Notes: a model not told the origin generated them from the sequence alone. A DNA stretch of 64,000 nt from Selaginella moellendorffii (GCF_000143415.4 NW_003314261.1:2553266-2617265); one strand, 5' to 3'. Positions 24,528 to 36,544 are shown, counted from the first letter of the stretch. Made by a program: numbers and translations.

Positions 24528-26280
24528 ATGGCTTCACACCGTTTGCTTCCAAAGGTTGGAGGATCCGCAAATATCAGCATAGGAAAGGTAACGACTTGAG
24601 TTTCATATGAAAATTTCTGATCCTGAACAGGACGGAATCAAAGCCTCGCTGGACAATTCTAAACAAGAAGATGCTAAGACACCTGTATGTGATTCAAGAG
24701 GTCCTGTTTCGTTCTAATGTTTGTTTGTGTGTTCGTAGGATAATAATGCTCCAGCTGTGACTCTCCTGCCCCGCTATGTAGCAGTAAAGAGCTCTGGGGG
24801 CTACTTGAGGCTCAACTTCAAGTCGAGCGGGGAGGATAACACAAAGCGTCCCTACTTGACTTTCTCGGAACAGAGCAAGTCCCGGTTAGCAACTCATCAA
24901 ATCCTGTACCTGAAGAAAGATACTGTGTTCTTACGAGCAGCAAATGGAAGATTCTGGCGTGTTCTTCAGGATGGTGGCTGGGTAGTTGCTGATCGAGAGG
25001 GCACACCTGCATCCACCGATACTGACTGTCAGTTTGAGGTGAAGCAGATCGACTCAAACACCTATTCGTTCAAATCGGTGCTGAATGGAAAGTATCTTGG
25101 TGGTCATACCGTGAAAAACCTGGAAAGGGGATTCAGAGCTTCTGATGATACGTCCAAGGAGAGCTTGCAAGTGACTTCTGCAGAAGATACTGCACTCACA
25201 CTTCCACGCTATGTCATGTTCAAGGGCGGCAACAACAAGTTCATGTGCGTGCATGCTGAACGTGGGCAGGAAATCTGGCTACAATTCAACCTCGAGAACA
25301 ATCCGGACCTTCACGCGGCTTTTGAAGTTGTCCCCACTGTGGATGGTAATGTAGCGATGTGCAGCATCAAAAGGGACCGCTTCTGGAGGCTAAGTCCCAA
25401 TTGGATATGGACCGACATCGAACGTTCCAAGGCACTTACCACTCCGGCGTGCTTGTTCGAGCCCATCAAACTCAGCAACAAAGTTGTAGCCTTCCGTTCG
25501 ACAGTCAACCAAAAGTTGTGCAAGCGCTACACTGATTACTGGGTGAGTTCCCTATGTGCCATTGCCGACAGCATCAACGATAAAGAGACCCACCTGGAAG
25601 TGAGCAAGGCTGTGTCGCATACAAGCATATTTGATGTAAAGTATCTGCTCGAGTTGGCCGAAATGCGGGAGATTGAAACCCTGGTGGTTGGCCGCAGCTA
25701 CCTGAAGAACGACGGTGAAAAAACGGCAGATTTACAGGCGCAGGTTACCTTGTCTGAAACACTGACCACCAGCCAAACGTGGAGCACCTCTGACACCTTT
25801 TCTATGAGCACAAGCGTGTCTTTAACCGCTGGGAAGCCTGAAGTTGCAAGTGCTACGTTTACGCTGACTATTGGGACTGAAACAACAAAGACCTACGAAT
25901 TTGGTAAGGCCACTCAGAACGCAATCCAGTTTCAGTCCACAATCACTGTCAAAGATGTCAAGCCAAATGAGGAGGCGAACCTAACCTTTGAATGTACTAA
26001 AGCTAAGTGCCGAATTCCTTTCACGTACAAGACCAGGAGCACTCGACTGGATGGTGTCGATCTGCCAGCAACTGAAGAAATTGATGGTATTTTCGAAGGT
26101 GTCCTGGTATACAACGTTGGAGCAAAGATAGGACGTGGAACTAAGTTGTCTTCAGAAGCTGGAAATAAGTTGTCTTTAGAAGCTGGAGACGTTATCTCTA
26201 TCAACATAGAGACTGGAGAGACACGGAAGGAGGAAGAATGGGTGCCTATGGAAGTGACAGAAACTCCTATTAATGGATAA
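24528..26280 (+). CDS. Amaranthin (agglutinin) x2 plus aerolysin-type beta-pore-forming domain chimerolectin (Hfr-2-like)
   Basis: Predicted exons 24528-24587, 24631-24684, 24739-26280. Two LPRYV..K.. beta-trefoil repeats, FWRLSPNWIW.D, LFEPIKL..VVAFRS..N.K.CKR; Ser/Thr-rich alternating hairpin (TWSTSDTFSMSTSVSLTAG); CRIPFTY...DGIFEG. Confidence 0.85.
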
Positions 26281-26694
26281 ATTACAGAGAACAGCGAAAC
26301 AAATAAAGAGAAATAAAAGCTTTCCTCTGAGTGCTAATAAAACATTTCTTCATTTACTTTCGAAGAGGCTATTAGGTATTAGCTGAGGTATTTGCATCTA
26401 GGGACACGATCGATTAATCAATCTAAATTGCCTTCTGCCTCAACACTTACAACAAGACTGTCATAGCTCGTCCGAACACGCACAACAAAGAGCTGGAGAG
26501 CGCGGAGAAGTGTAGAGTGAGGCAGCGGTGCTGCTATGCTATTTTCGACCAAGAGGTCATTCTAGCATTTTAGGGCTTTCTTTTACTTCTCCTAACTTTA
26601 TTCGGCTAACGTAACCCTAATCCTGACAGCTGTCCTAACCCTAACTAAGTTCTATTTTATTTAGATAGACAAAAGTTATTTTTGTGAGGGGAGC

Positions 26695-27984
26695 TTCATC
26701 TGCTAGGGAGATTACCGAGTGGAGATACTGATGTTGCGCAAACCTGTCTGGGACAATGAGATTGTGCGTCTTGTCAGCGTAGAATGTGGCGGAGAACTTG
26801 TCAGCAACGGATCTGAACAGCTCCTAAGTCACCAAAAGCAGACTGAAAGAAACGACTGAAAAGTTGCATCCGTTCGTTAGCTCAGAGTAAGGATGGAGGG
26901 CTTTGGTTGTCTAAACCTGGAATCTCACCCAATTGGAGTCCAACAATCACTCCCATTTGCTACATTGTATCCGGAAGCCACGGGGAATTGTCGGTGTTTT
27001 TCTTGCGGCATGATGTATTCCAATTGGATAGTTCTGATTTTTCCAAGATAGAGCTGCCAATGAATTTCCTGTCAACACTAGCGATAGAAAGGACCATATA
27101 ATTGATCAGCTGCTGATTCGAATGTGAGTCAGATCGCTGAGACGTTGAATGAAGCTTCTCTGCTTGATCGTAGAGATTGTAATGAAGGTAGTTCCTTAAC
27201 AGGAAATTCAACAAGGTTTCCTGGAAACAACATCAGTAAGGCACTACCTGCTCTAATTCATCATGCCGTAGAGTCGCTGGTGAAGAGCAAGAAGGTCAGA
27301 GAAAACATACAGTACATTCCGTAAACCATCCAAAAGTACACCTCTATCCCCGCAAGAGAGTCAGCAAAGTGACTAGTAGGATTACAGCCTTGATGCCAAT
27401 GTCCTCCGATTCATCTGTTGCAATGTCTTGATACCTGCATCTGAGCAAGCCCTGGCCTAAAAAACAAAGTAAGCACCTGCGAAGCAAGTAGCGGATTCAC
27501 CTGCCTACACTGCTTCTGGTCGATCAAGTAGATCAAAACTATGAGGTAACACAGTATTTCCAGCTCAGGTAGCACATTCTGCTTCGATGGAGAATCTCAT
27601 AGTCTTGTCATCCTCCGGCTGTATGAAGTCTCTTCAGATTGAAAACAGGGATCATATACAACAAATGTACCTTCTTCACGAATTGCAGCAGTGAATCAGA
27701 ATCCGACAGAATCACGAACTTGATAAATGCAGCCAAGTGATCCAGGCTTGAGCTTATGCCGTACAGCCATCACGTTGCAAACAGCTCGAACCATGAGCCC
27801 CATCTCCTTCGTTGCCACACCTTCTCCACCAAGGTGGAGCTAGGGTAAAATGCGGAACAAGCTTAAGTGAGAGGATTGACGGCCCTGTGGAATCCTTAGA
27901 GCGATGTGGAGAGGAAACAGCAGGCACTTCCTTCATTTCCACGTCGAAGGCTATGCAATACAGATCCATTGCATTGTCAGGCAT
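26695..27984 (-). pseudogene. RPN3: 26S proteasome regulatory subunit RPN3/PSMD3 pseudogene
   Basis: Fragments in different frames: DVEMKE, LPELEILCYLIVLIYLIDQK, LNFLLRNYLHYNLYDQAEKL...SHSNQQ, YLGKIRTIQLEY, LFRSVADKFSATFYADKTHNLIV. Frameshifts, deletions, and no recognisable C-terminus. Confidence 0.82.
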
Positions 27985-28570
27985 TCTGCTTCAGGACTGT
28001 TCTCCTGTCTCAACTTAAAGAGTAATTTTTGTTATTGTAAATAGCCTATCAAGGTGTTCCAATCACCAAGGAGTTTTTTTGCAACCACATATAAGTGACA
28101 CATTGGATGACTTCCCTTCCTTCAAACGTGCCAAGTTTCTAGTTGACAAGGAGGCCTACTTCCGCCAGTGAGCTTCTTGTTCTGCTATTTTCCGATTGTT
28201 TCAGTGATGCTTATAGCTTTGTAGGCTCGCAGCGAAGAATTTAACGCCCCTTCCTGGCCTTCCAAGGTTATGTAAGTGGATCGAGGACAAAAATCTGCGA
28301 CGTGCTGCAGTGAGCAATGCTCCCAAGGTGAATGTTGAATTTATGATTTCGCAGGTGCCTTCAAAGTTTCTTCGAGACGGTGATTTTGGGAGATGCATGA
28401 TAAGCTTTTTCCCAATCCGTACTTGGAGGCAATGCAATTACTTATCTCTCCGTCTGGTATTCTCGGCTCTGACTGCTTGCTTTCTTTTTGGTTGCACACG
28501 CAGGATTCACCATCTGGAATCAAAGCAGGAGCAGGCATAGCAGGATACCTTTTTAGCTCAGAACTATGAT

Positions 28571-29839
28571 TTGGTCAGCTCCCTAAAACTTACAATGATA
28601 CCACGAGGAGAATTTTGGATGTCATCAGCACCTCCACCACCCGACGCCAATCCATCATCCATGCACGTTTCCCCGCCGCCAACTTTCCTCCTCAACAAGC
28701 TCATCGAGCTCTTCGGCAAATGCGGCAGCGCCAAGCATGCCGCTGCCATATTTGCCGCCATGCACGACCACAGGGAAGACGCCTTCTCCCATCTCAACCA
28801 CGCCAAATCCCTCTTCGATCACATGCCACACCGCAACATCGTCTCCTGGAACTCGATGCTCGTGGCCTACGCACAAAACGGGCATCTCCGCCACGTCTCG
28901 TCTAATGGACAACGATATTCCATTACCAGCTAAACGTGTGTTCGATTCTATGCCAGTAAAGAAACTCGCAGGATATACCTTTCATGCTGATCTATTTAGC
29001 CTGGACCTCTATGTTCATAAACCGGCATTTTGATAGCGCCGAGCGTGAATTGGTGTCTTGGATTCAATGCTAGTCCTTACAAGTAACCTGCAATACCTAA
29101 AATATCTTTTCGATACCATGCCACACCGACACGTAGTCTCTTGGACCAACTTGCTCACAACATATGCCCAAGGCGGGCATCTCGAAGAATCCAAACGAAT
29201 CTTCGACGAGATGCCGGAGCACAACGTCGATGATCTCTGCAAGTGGAAACTTGGTTGGAGCGAACAATCTTCGACGACGTACCTCAGAGACACGACATTA
29301 TGTGAAAATCGATGCTCGCTGCTTACACCCAGAACGGGCATGTCATCCGAGCCTTCACCTCTTTCGCGAGATGCCACAGCACGACTGTCTCCTGGAACTC
29401 GATGCTACGTAACGTACGCTCAGAACGGGCACGTCGACGAGGCCAAGGCCATCTTCAACCGGATCAGACTCGCTTTCTCTCTATCCTGATAGCCTCCAGC
29501 CACGACGGAGACCTCTACACTGCCAGGTCCCATTTTGTGTCGATGAGCATGGATTTCCAGCTGCAACCATCGAAGCAGCACTACACTTGCATGGTCGATC
29601 TGCTGGCTAGAGCCGGGCACCTCAACGAGGCACGGGAGCTCATGCTAACAATGCCGTCCCTCACGGGTTCTGTCGACTGGAAGTGCTTCCTCGGTGCCTG
29701 CCGAAGTCACAGTGATCTCCGGCGCGGTGCCCATGCTGCAAAGCGCACGCTTGAGATGGACTCAAACAATGGATCGGCTTACTTGTTACTCGCTAACATC
29801 TACTCCATGCGTACAAGAGACACTCGGCGGAGTTTGTAG
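28571..29839 (+). pseudogene. Frameshifted PPR pseudogene, paralogue of 19467-21089
   Basis: Near-identical segments (PPPTFLLNKLIELFGKCGSAKHA; HYTCMVDLLARAG) split over several frames by deletions. Confidence 0.9.
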
Positions 29840-29852
29840 CCTTGTGCTTCCC

Positions 29853-32800
29853 TCAGCCAATGGTCCCCTTGTTGAACAGCTCGAGTGTCAAGTTGGCTAT
29901 AAAAGCAGGTATCGATTTGAAGCCTTGCAAAAATGTCGTCACCTGTGATTCATAGTAAATATTGAGTGACTTTAAAAACGACTCTCTCAGTTACCTGACG
30001 GTCGATTTCAGGCGAAGTTGTATAATCATTTGCCTTGCATCAAAAAGAGCGTTTTGAGAGGTCAACGACAGGCAAAAGCAAAAAGCATACCAGCATATCG
30101 ATGCGTCCAACTGCATGTCCATTTGCTGTATACTGAAACTCAAGTGTTTCGTACTCCTTATCTCTTGAGTAAACCGAACGGAGCTTGAAAAACGTAACTG
30201 CGGAATCGGGCTTCTCGTTCATCAATATCTGCAGCACCAAGTTAAATAAAAGAAACAAGTGTGGTGCATAAATCACCTCGTAACCAAAGATCAAACCACA
30301 TGCCGTCCTAAAAGTAAAAGCCTTTTCGGCAAACACTTGCATGTATCTGGAACAAAGACAGATTAACAAAATCTCAAGCGCAGTTATTCTAACCTGTTTT
30401 CACGTTTTTTTAACGTAGAAATCTCCTGCTCTAGTGCGCCCACTTTGCCCGTCAGCATAGCAATCTTGTCCTTGCTTTCAAGAATAGATGCAATTTGCTC
30501 TGCATATCACGGTGATTTCACCATAAGGACGCGATTTAAAACATATAACCGAACATACCGTGCGTGGCACTCTCAACAGGTATAGAAGTGACAACCGGGT
30601 GAGACGTTTCTGTAGTGTCCAAGCTTGTTCGCAGCTTCAAGACTTTGGTCTTGGAAGGATCAAACTCACCGCAAGCAAGCTTTGAGGCAAAAGTCAGAAA
30701 ATAATACAGAAAGAAAGTACTACTATTACCTTTCCTTCAAGGGTTCCAATTTCTTGCCGTAATTGCAGCGATTCGCGTTCCAAAGATGAAATTTTAGAGC
30801 GTGCAGCTTCAAGATCGGCTGAGAGTCCATCGGCAGCGATTTGACGCTCCTTTGACGTTCCAATGCTTTCTTCTAATTCCTTCTCTATGACCTTGATCGT
30901 CTCCTGCGAGCTAGCTAAGAGACTCTCCAGCTCCTGTATGAACACAAAAAACATCAACTTATCATTGACATATTTTTCTACCTCAATTCGCCGCTGCTTA
31001 GACTTCTCAGGAGTCGCAAGTACAGATGTAGACGAAGCTGCCTTATGTTGTTGCAAAAGGAACGATTCCTCTTCATCATATGAAGCAAGGATGGCTTTTA
31101 CTCCGTCTCTTTCTCGTGTCAAAGAAACAACCTGCCATTACGCAGAGCTTGAAGAAAACCACAACAAGAAGAAATCATGTGTCAGAATACCTGGCGTTCC
31201 AGGCGAGAGATTCTTCCTCGAGCTCCTTCTGCATGTTGACGTGCTGATGCAGCAGCAGACTCCGATTCTTGTTTTTCCATCAGAGTCCGCGCCAGTGCGA
31301 CTTGTAACTCCTCAACTTTAGCTTTAAGCCCTCCATTTTCAGATAGTCTGACCAGCAACTCCCTGAATTCAATCATAAGTAGCCGCAATCTTCAAAAGAA
31401 CTAAGCAAATGTACCTCTGCAAGCTAACTAGCTTCTCGGGGATCTGATCTCGAGAGACGTTTCCTGGGATGGTTTTGAGGACATCGTCCCAAGCATTCAG
31501 ATCACATTCCAAAGCGGATATACGGAGCTTCACGTCAGCATAGTCTACCAGCTTGGCTTCTGCTTGTTCTGCGCGCTTTCTTAGAGTATCAAGTTGTTCT
31601 TCCACTGCCTGCTGCTTCACGTAATTTGCCTTCAGCTTCTTCGCCTCTGAAATTTCAGCAGACTTTAAAAGAAAAAAACAGTAAGAGAGATTTTCAATGA
31701 CAAACTTCAAACTCCACTTGACCTGATGTTTTAATTCCTCTCGCAGACTGTTGATTACTGCCTCCGCCTCTTGACTGTCCGTCATACGTGTATTGGAAAG
31801 CTTACTTGACGCGGTAGCGAGCTCTCTTTCAAGGTTCATTTTTTCCTGCAGTATCTGCAATACAGAAGCAAATAAACACATGTGTGAAGAACACAAATTT
31901 CTTACTTACATTGTTAAGTTTCTCTTCAAGCTCTCCATGTTGCACGCGCAAATACGAAAGCTCCTCTGATACGCACTCGGTCTCCCGTCTACATGCATCA
32001 TTCTGAAAAAATTCACACACAAGCCATTACAGCAAATCAACGATCCAATACTAAACCTCAGCATTCATTTTAGACATGCAAAACTCGTTGTTCTCTTCCA
32101 TCCCTTGTATATCCCTTTCCAGACGACGAATTTCTTTAGCAGAGCTGTCACGCAAGCTTGCAAGCTCGTTTTTGAGTGACGAGATTTCGTTTTCCGCTTC
32201 CTTAGCTCTTGTCTCGGCCTCGGACTTTGATCGAATCTCTGCCATCAACTTTTCCTATAGACAACGATTCTAGCGTTAAGTAAAAAAGAAAAATCCACAC
32301 TGGGTATGAAAGCTTGCCTGGATTTCGTTGCAACGAAGTAGGTGCTTGCGAAATCGTTCTTCTCCCACAGTCACCTCCTCAGCTCGCTGCGTACGTAGAG
32401 CTTCTTCTCTGCACGTAGCAGCTGCCAAACTTTGTTCTAGTGACTTCACGCGCGCAATCAGGCTTTGGTTCTCGCTTTCTGTGACAAAATCAAAGTCTCG
32501 AAAGGAGAAAGGGAGGAACTCACCGCGAGCTTTTAGCTGTTTAAATGCCGCTTCGTACTCTACAACTTGCTTTTCTCTGCGATCCAGCGTCTCGAGTAGC
32601 TCCGATTTCACCTACATTCCCGCAGAAAAACCTCTAGAAAATCGAAGAACCCTAAACCCAGACTCACCATATTTCGGCATTTATAGCTGCAGCGCATCGA
32701 ATCCCAGTCGCGATCGTGATCGCCGGCATCATCGTCCTCTGGATAGGAACCGGCGAGCTCAAGATTTCGCTGATCATACGGCACCATAGCCGCCATTCCA

Positions 32801-32907
32801 TCATCGAGCACAGGATTCCTTGCTGCCGGCGAGTGCGCCACTTCGATCTCGCGCTCCAGCAGCTCTAGAACTCGCGGCCGCTTCGCCGCTGGCGTCCTCG
32901 TCATCAT
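29853..32907 (-). CDS. MAD1: Mitotic spindle checkpoint protein MAD1, multi-exon
   Basis: Starts MMTRTPAAKRPR; long coiled coil; GEFDPSKTKVL; VFAEKAFTFRTACGLIFGYE; FKLRSVYS...LEFQY; ends SIPAFIANLTLELFNKGTIG*. Not every exon junction was checked. Confidence 0.88.
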
Positions 32908-32967
32908 CCTGGAAGCCCTGATATAACTCCCCTCAACCAAGAGCCCTAAAAACAGAGCTCTATCCAA

Positions 32968-33569
32968 ATGGAATCCATAGCAGCGGCATTGGCGACACCG
33001 CGGATGAAAATCTCCTCCAATCTCAGGGAAAGGAGGGCCAAATCCGCAGTAATCTCTGTAAGAGCCTCGAGTGGCGGCTGCTGCGGAGGATCGGGATCAT
33101 CGTCGGGCAGCTGCAGTAGCCACAACAAGATCACAATGCCGGATCTAGACTACAATCCGGGCGGGGCGAGCTCGTCGAAATCAGGGCTGGAGAACGTTGG
33201 CAAGGAATTCGAGGCTTTAGTGGCGCAGCAAACGCTCATAGAGCTAGAGAAGGATTACGAGACTACACAGGTGAGAGAGCGAACGATTTCTTTTCGAAAA
33301 TTTCTCCATTGATTCGTGGATCTTGGCAGATGAGAGGCACAATCTCCAAGGAAGAGGTTCACGAGGCCATGAACAGCGTCCCAGTGGTGAGTAGTCGAGC
33401 ATGAACTTCACGCGGGTTAAAAAACACTTACCTCTCCATTTTCGTCTTACAGGGTAAAACTTCCACCACGCAGGGTAACTCCTGCGTGGATATTGACGAG
33501 TTACTGTCCGACGCGGCCGACTGTAATTTCGTGTTCCAGCAGTGTGACGAAGAAATCGTCTTGGTGTAA
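32968..33569 (+). CDS. Small unknown protein, probably plastid-targeted (3 exons)
   Basis: Exons 32968-33270, 33330-33386 and 33453-33569 splice in frame with GT-AG. Ser/Ala/Arg-rich N-terminus ending VISVRA, then GGCCGG...CSSH, acidic C-terminus. Confidence 0.65.
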
Positions 33570-33731
33570 AAAAAACATCGAGATATTTTGTGATATTTTA
33601 TAGAATTTACGATTGCCATCTTACCACGCCACATGAGCCCTAATCTTTAGCTCCATTCTTTCCAATAATGCTTTTGGCGCTCGCGACGAGGAGCTGATGG
33701 AACCCTAGCGGGGCAAGAAAGAAGAGGGGCG

Positions 33732-34838
33732 ATGACGACGCCGCTCCATATGGCGTGCTATGGCGATCTCCGGGCGTGGTTCCGGAGGCGGCGCCGCGCA
33801 ATTCTCATCGCCGCGGGCGCGCTGGGCGCGGGATGCGTGCTCTACTACGGATTCACCAGGTACAGCGCCGCGGCGCTCGCTAGGGCTAGGGCGGTGGAGG
33901 AGGAGGAATCCAGGCTTAGGGCGGAGACGGAGGAGGAGCGCATCCTCCACCTCCGCCGGCATTGCGACGAAATCCAGCTCCTGGCCGATGCCACGACGCT
34001 GCCGTCGCTGCTCGCGCACCTCAGCGAGCGGCTCTTCGAGCTTGTCAACCTCTCGGAGCTCACGCGGCAGCTCATGGCGGGCAAGGAGGGGCCGCAAGCG
34101 CTCACCCCCGACGAGAAGCTCAATCTCTGGCAGAAGCTCAAGGTCTCCAGCTTCACAAGGACGCTGTGCGCCGCCTGGGGGATGGGTCTCGTCCAGCTCT
34201 TCGTCCGGGTCCAGCTCAATCTCTTGGGCAGGCAGCTCTTCATCAGCACTGCCTCGTTCGGCGATCTCCCGTTCAGCACCCAGCACAAGTTCCTCGCGTT
34301 TGGCGACTTCCTCCCCCTGCATGGGATCGCGCTTCTCGTCCAGGACGTGGAAGAAGCGGTGACCGAGGTGATGAGAGACATCTCCCTCAAGAAAGCGTAC
34401 TCGTTCGACGAGCTCCGGGACTTGCTCATCCAGATCCAGGCCGCGTTCGAGAAGCAGCAGAAGGATTGGTGCCGCTACTTGCTTCCAGAGAATGACAAGC
34501 TCCCGGAAGAAGACTATCCAGTCGCCGAGAGTTCTCACAGCCGAGACGATGACGAGCAGCTGCTCGTGGCCAAAGCCCGGGACGTGATCTCGAGCGCGGA
34601 GTTCCAGCACACGCTGGGTGCTGTGCTTGACGCTCTCCTGGACACGATGGTGCAAGACTTGCTTCCATACTACCAGGGCCAGCCGGCGGTGGGACTGCCG
34701 CTCGCGAAGCTCGTCCCCGCCGTTTCCAGCGTTGGAATGCTGCTGGACAATCGCCAAGACAGCAAGTACGTTCGAGCGGTGGCCGAGCTCCCAGAGGTGA
34801 AGTCTTTCAGCGCCATGGTTTACGGTAGCGCAGCCTGA
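33732..34838 (+). CDS. PEX3: Peroxisome biogenesis factor 3
   Basis: WFRRRRRAILIAAGALGAG (basic cluster plus TM), IQLLADATTLP, EKLNLWQKLKVSSFTR, RVQLNLLGRQLF, LPLAKLVP. Intronless; start may be Met at 33750. Confidence 0.92.
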   Translation: MTTPLHMACYGDLRAWFRRRRRAILIAAGALGAGCVLYYGFTRYSAAALARARAVEEEESRLRAETEEERILHLRRHCDEIQLLADATTLPSLLAHLSERLFELVNLSELTRQLMAGKEGPQALTPDEKLNLWQKLKVSSFTRTLCAAWGMGLVQLFVRVQLNLLGRQLFISTASFGDLPFSTQHKFLAFGDFLPLHGIALLVQDVEEAVTEVMRDISLKKAYSFDELRDLLIQIQAAFEKQQKDWCRYLLPENDKLPEEDYPVAESSHSRDDDEQLLVAKARDVISSAEFQHTLGAVLDALLDTMVQDLLPYYQGQPAVGLPLAKLVPAVSSVGMLLDNRQDSKYVRAVAELPEVKSFSAMVYGSAA

Positions 34839-35083
34839 CTAGTTCTTTGCGGCTTTTTCTCGAATCGCGCTGGGCGACTGCTAGATTTCGCTTGTGAATG
34901 TAAATCTTACACTTGGAAAATAATCTCGGCTGGTTCGCATCGATTTATTGGAAGATCTCAGACAAAATTCCCGGACGAGAGATTTACCTTCTGAAGTGAA
35001 AAGAAACACAAGGAAAACAATATGAAGTTCCAAGTAGAACGAACACTTGGACAAACTATTCCATGGAGTACCTGTGGGAGAGC

Positions 35084-36544
35084 CTAGTTGACGAGCCTGG
35101 CAGGATTGATGTTGAGCAGCATGTTGTTTCCACCGGGGAGATAGGCCAGGTTCTTGTTCTTGGAGAGGGTGTTGGCGATGTCGCGAGCAGCCTCGATGCG
35201 CCGGAGCTCGATGAGGCCAAAGCCGGCGTTGGCGGTGGCCTGGGAGATGAGCTTCGCGGCTTCTCCCTCGCCCTCGGCGCGGATGATCGCGGCACGGCGC
35301 TCCTGCTCGGCCTTTGCCACCACGAACTTGGAACGCTCGGCCTCCTGCTGCGCGACTTGCTTGGCCTCGACGGCTCTGGCGAACTCCGTGCCGTAGGAGA
35401 GATGGGTGATGGCCACGTCGTCCAGTTGGATGTTGAAATCCTTTGCTCGCTTCACAAGTCCTGCAAGCACAAGAAGAAAGCAGTAGTAAAAACTACGATC
35501 TCATTCTCATCTGGAAACCATAGCACCACCAAGTGTGAAGACAAGACAATACGAACATCCATAACGGAAAAAAAAAAGACAAAAAGAGAGAATAGTCAAG
35601 ATTTCATTCTCATCTGGAAACCATAGCGCCATGCATCGACCAAAGGCAATCATTTCATTCTCATCTGGAGAGCAGCGCCATTTATCGACCAAGGGTAAAG
35701 CCCATGTCAAGAAAAAAACGTAAGAAAGAGCCCAAGCAATACGAACAAAACCAACATCCATAACGAAAAAAGAAATAAAAGAGGATGGTAAGAACTAAGA
35801 TTCATTCTCATCTGGAAACCATAGAGCCATGCATCGACCAAGTGTAAAGCCCATGACGAAAAAATACGTAAGAAAGAGCCCAGGCAATACGAATAAAACC
35901 AACATCCATAACGGAAAAAGTTGCCATGGAGAAGATGAAGAACAAAACTAAACAACGAGTAAAACAATCAAGCATCCATCACGAAGGCAATTAAAAAAAG
36001 CCAACAGGCACAACAAGGCTAAATGCTTTACATCGATCGCATTCTAAAAGAAGAAAAGGAGGATAGAAAGCTTACCTTCACGGACAAGGGCCGAGACGTA
36101 TGGGCGATCCGTGAGGAGCTGGTCGGCATTGAACTGCGCGACCACAGCCTTGAGCACCTCGTTCCCAATCGAGGGCAGCACGCGCTCGTCGTAATCCACG
36201 CCCAGCGTCTTGAAGATCGACGGGAGGCTGCCCACATCCGGCCGCGACAGCACCCTGAGCGTGAGATTGACCATCTGGAGATCCTTGGTGCCCGTGACCG
36301 ACGAGATCGCTCTAGGGCGCGTGCGAATGTCGAAGATGTAGGGCTTCTGGAGCAGCGGAATGAGGACGTGCGTGCCCTCGCCGACGGTCTCATCCAGCAC
36401 GCCGCGCAGCCGATCGAAGATCACCGCCTGCTCGCCCCCATCCACCGTGTAGAGCGACGCATTGAGGATGCTGCCGCCGATTCCCAGCGCCACGGCGACG
36501 CGCGCCACATTGTTGAGCAGCCCGGCTACCCTTGGTGCCGCCAT
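35084..36544 (-). CDS. Prohibitin (PHB1/PHB3-type), 2 exons
   Basis: [20 protein letters not shown]...[18 protein letters not shown]...[28 protein letters not shown]; intron 35461-36075; [16 protein letters not shown]...[10 protein letters not shown]. Confidence 0.95.
35495..35920. repeat. Degenerate tandem repeat inside the prohibitin intron
   Basis: TCATTCTCATCTGGA recurs at ~35501, 35604, 35655 and 35802; CAATACGAA...ATCCATAACG recurs three times. Confidence 0.8.

Noticed and set aside
33705-34757. 350-aa antisense ORF, plus other long overlapping ORFs over PEX3, prohibitin, the lipocalin and the PPRs
   Set aside because: Shadow frames produced by high GC3 codon usage; no recognisable motifs.
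35495-35920. Intronic snoRNA cluster
   Set aside because: No convincing C/D or H/ACA boxes seen in the repeat unit.
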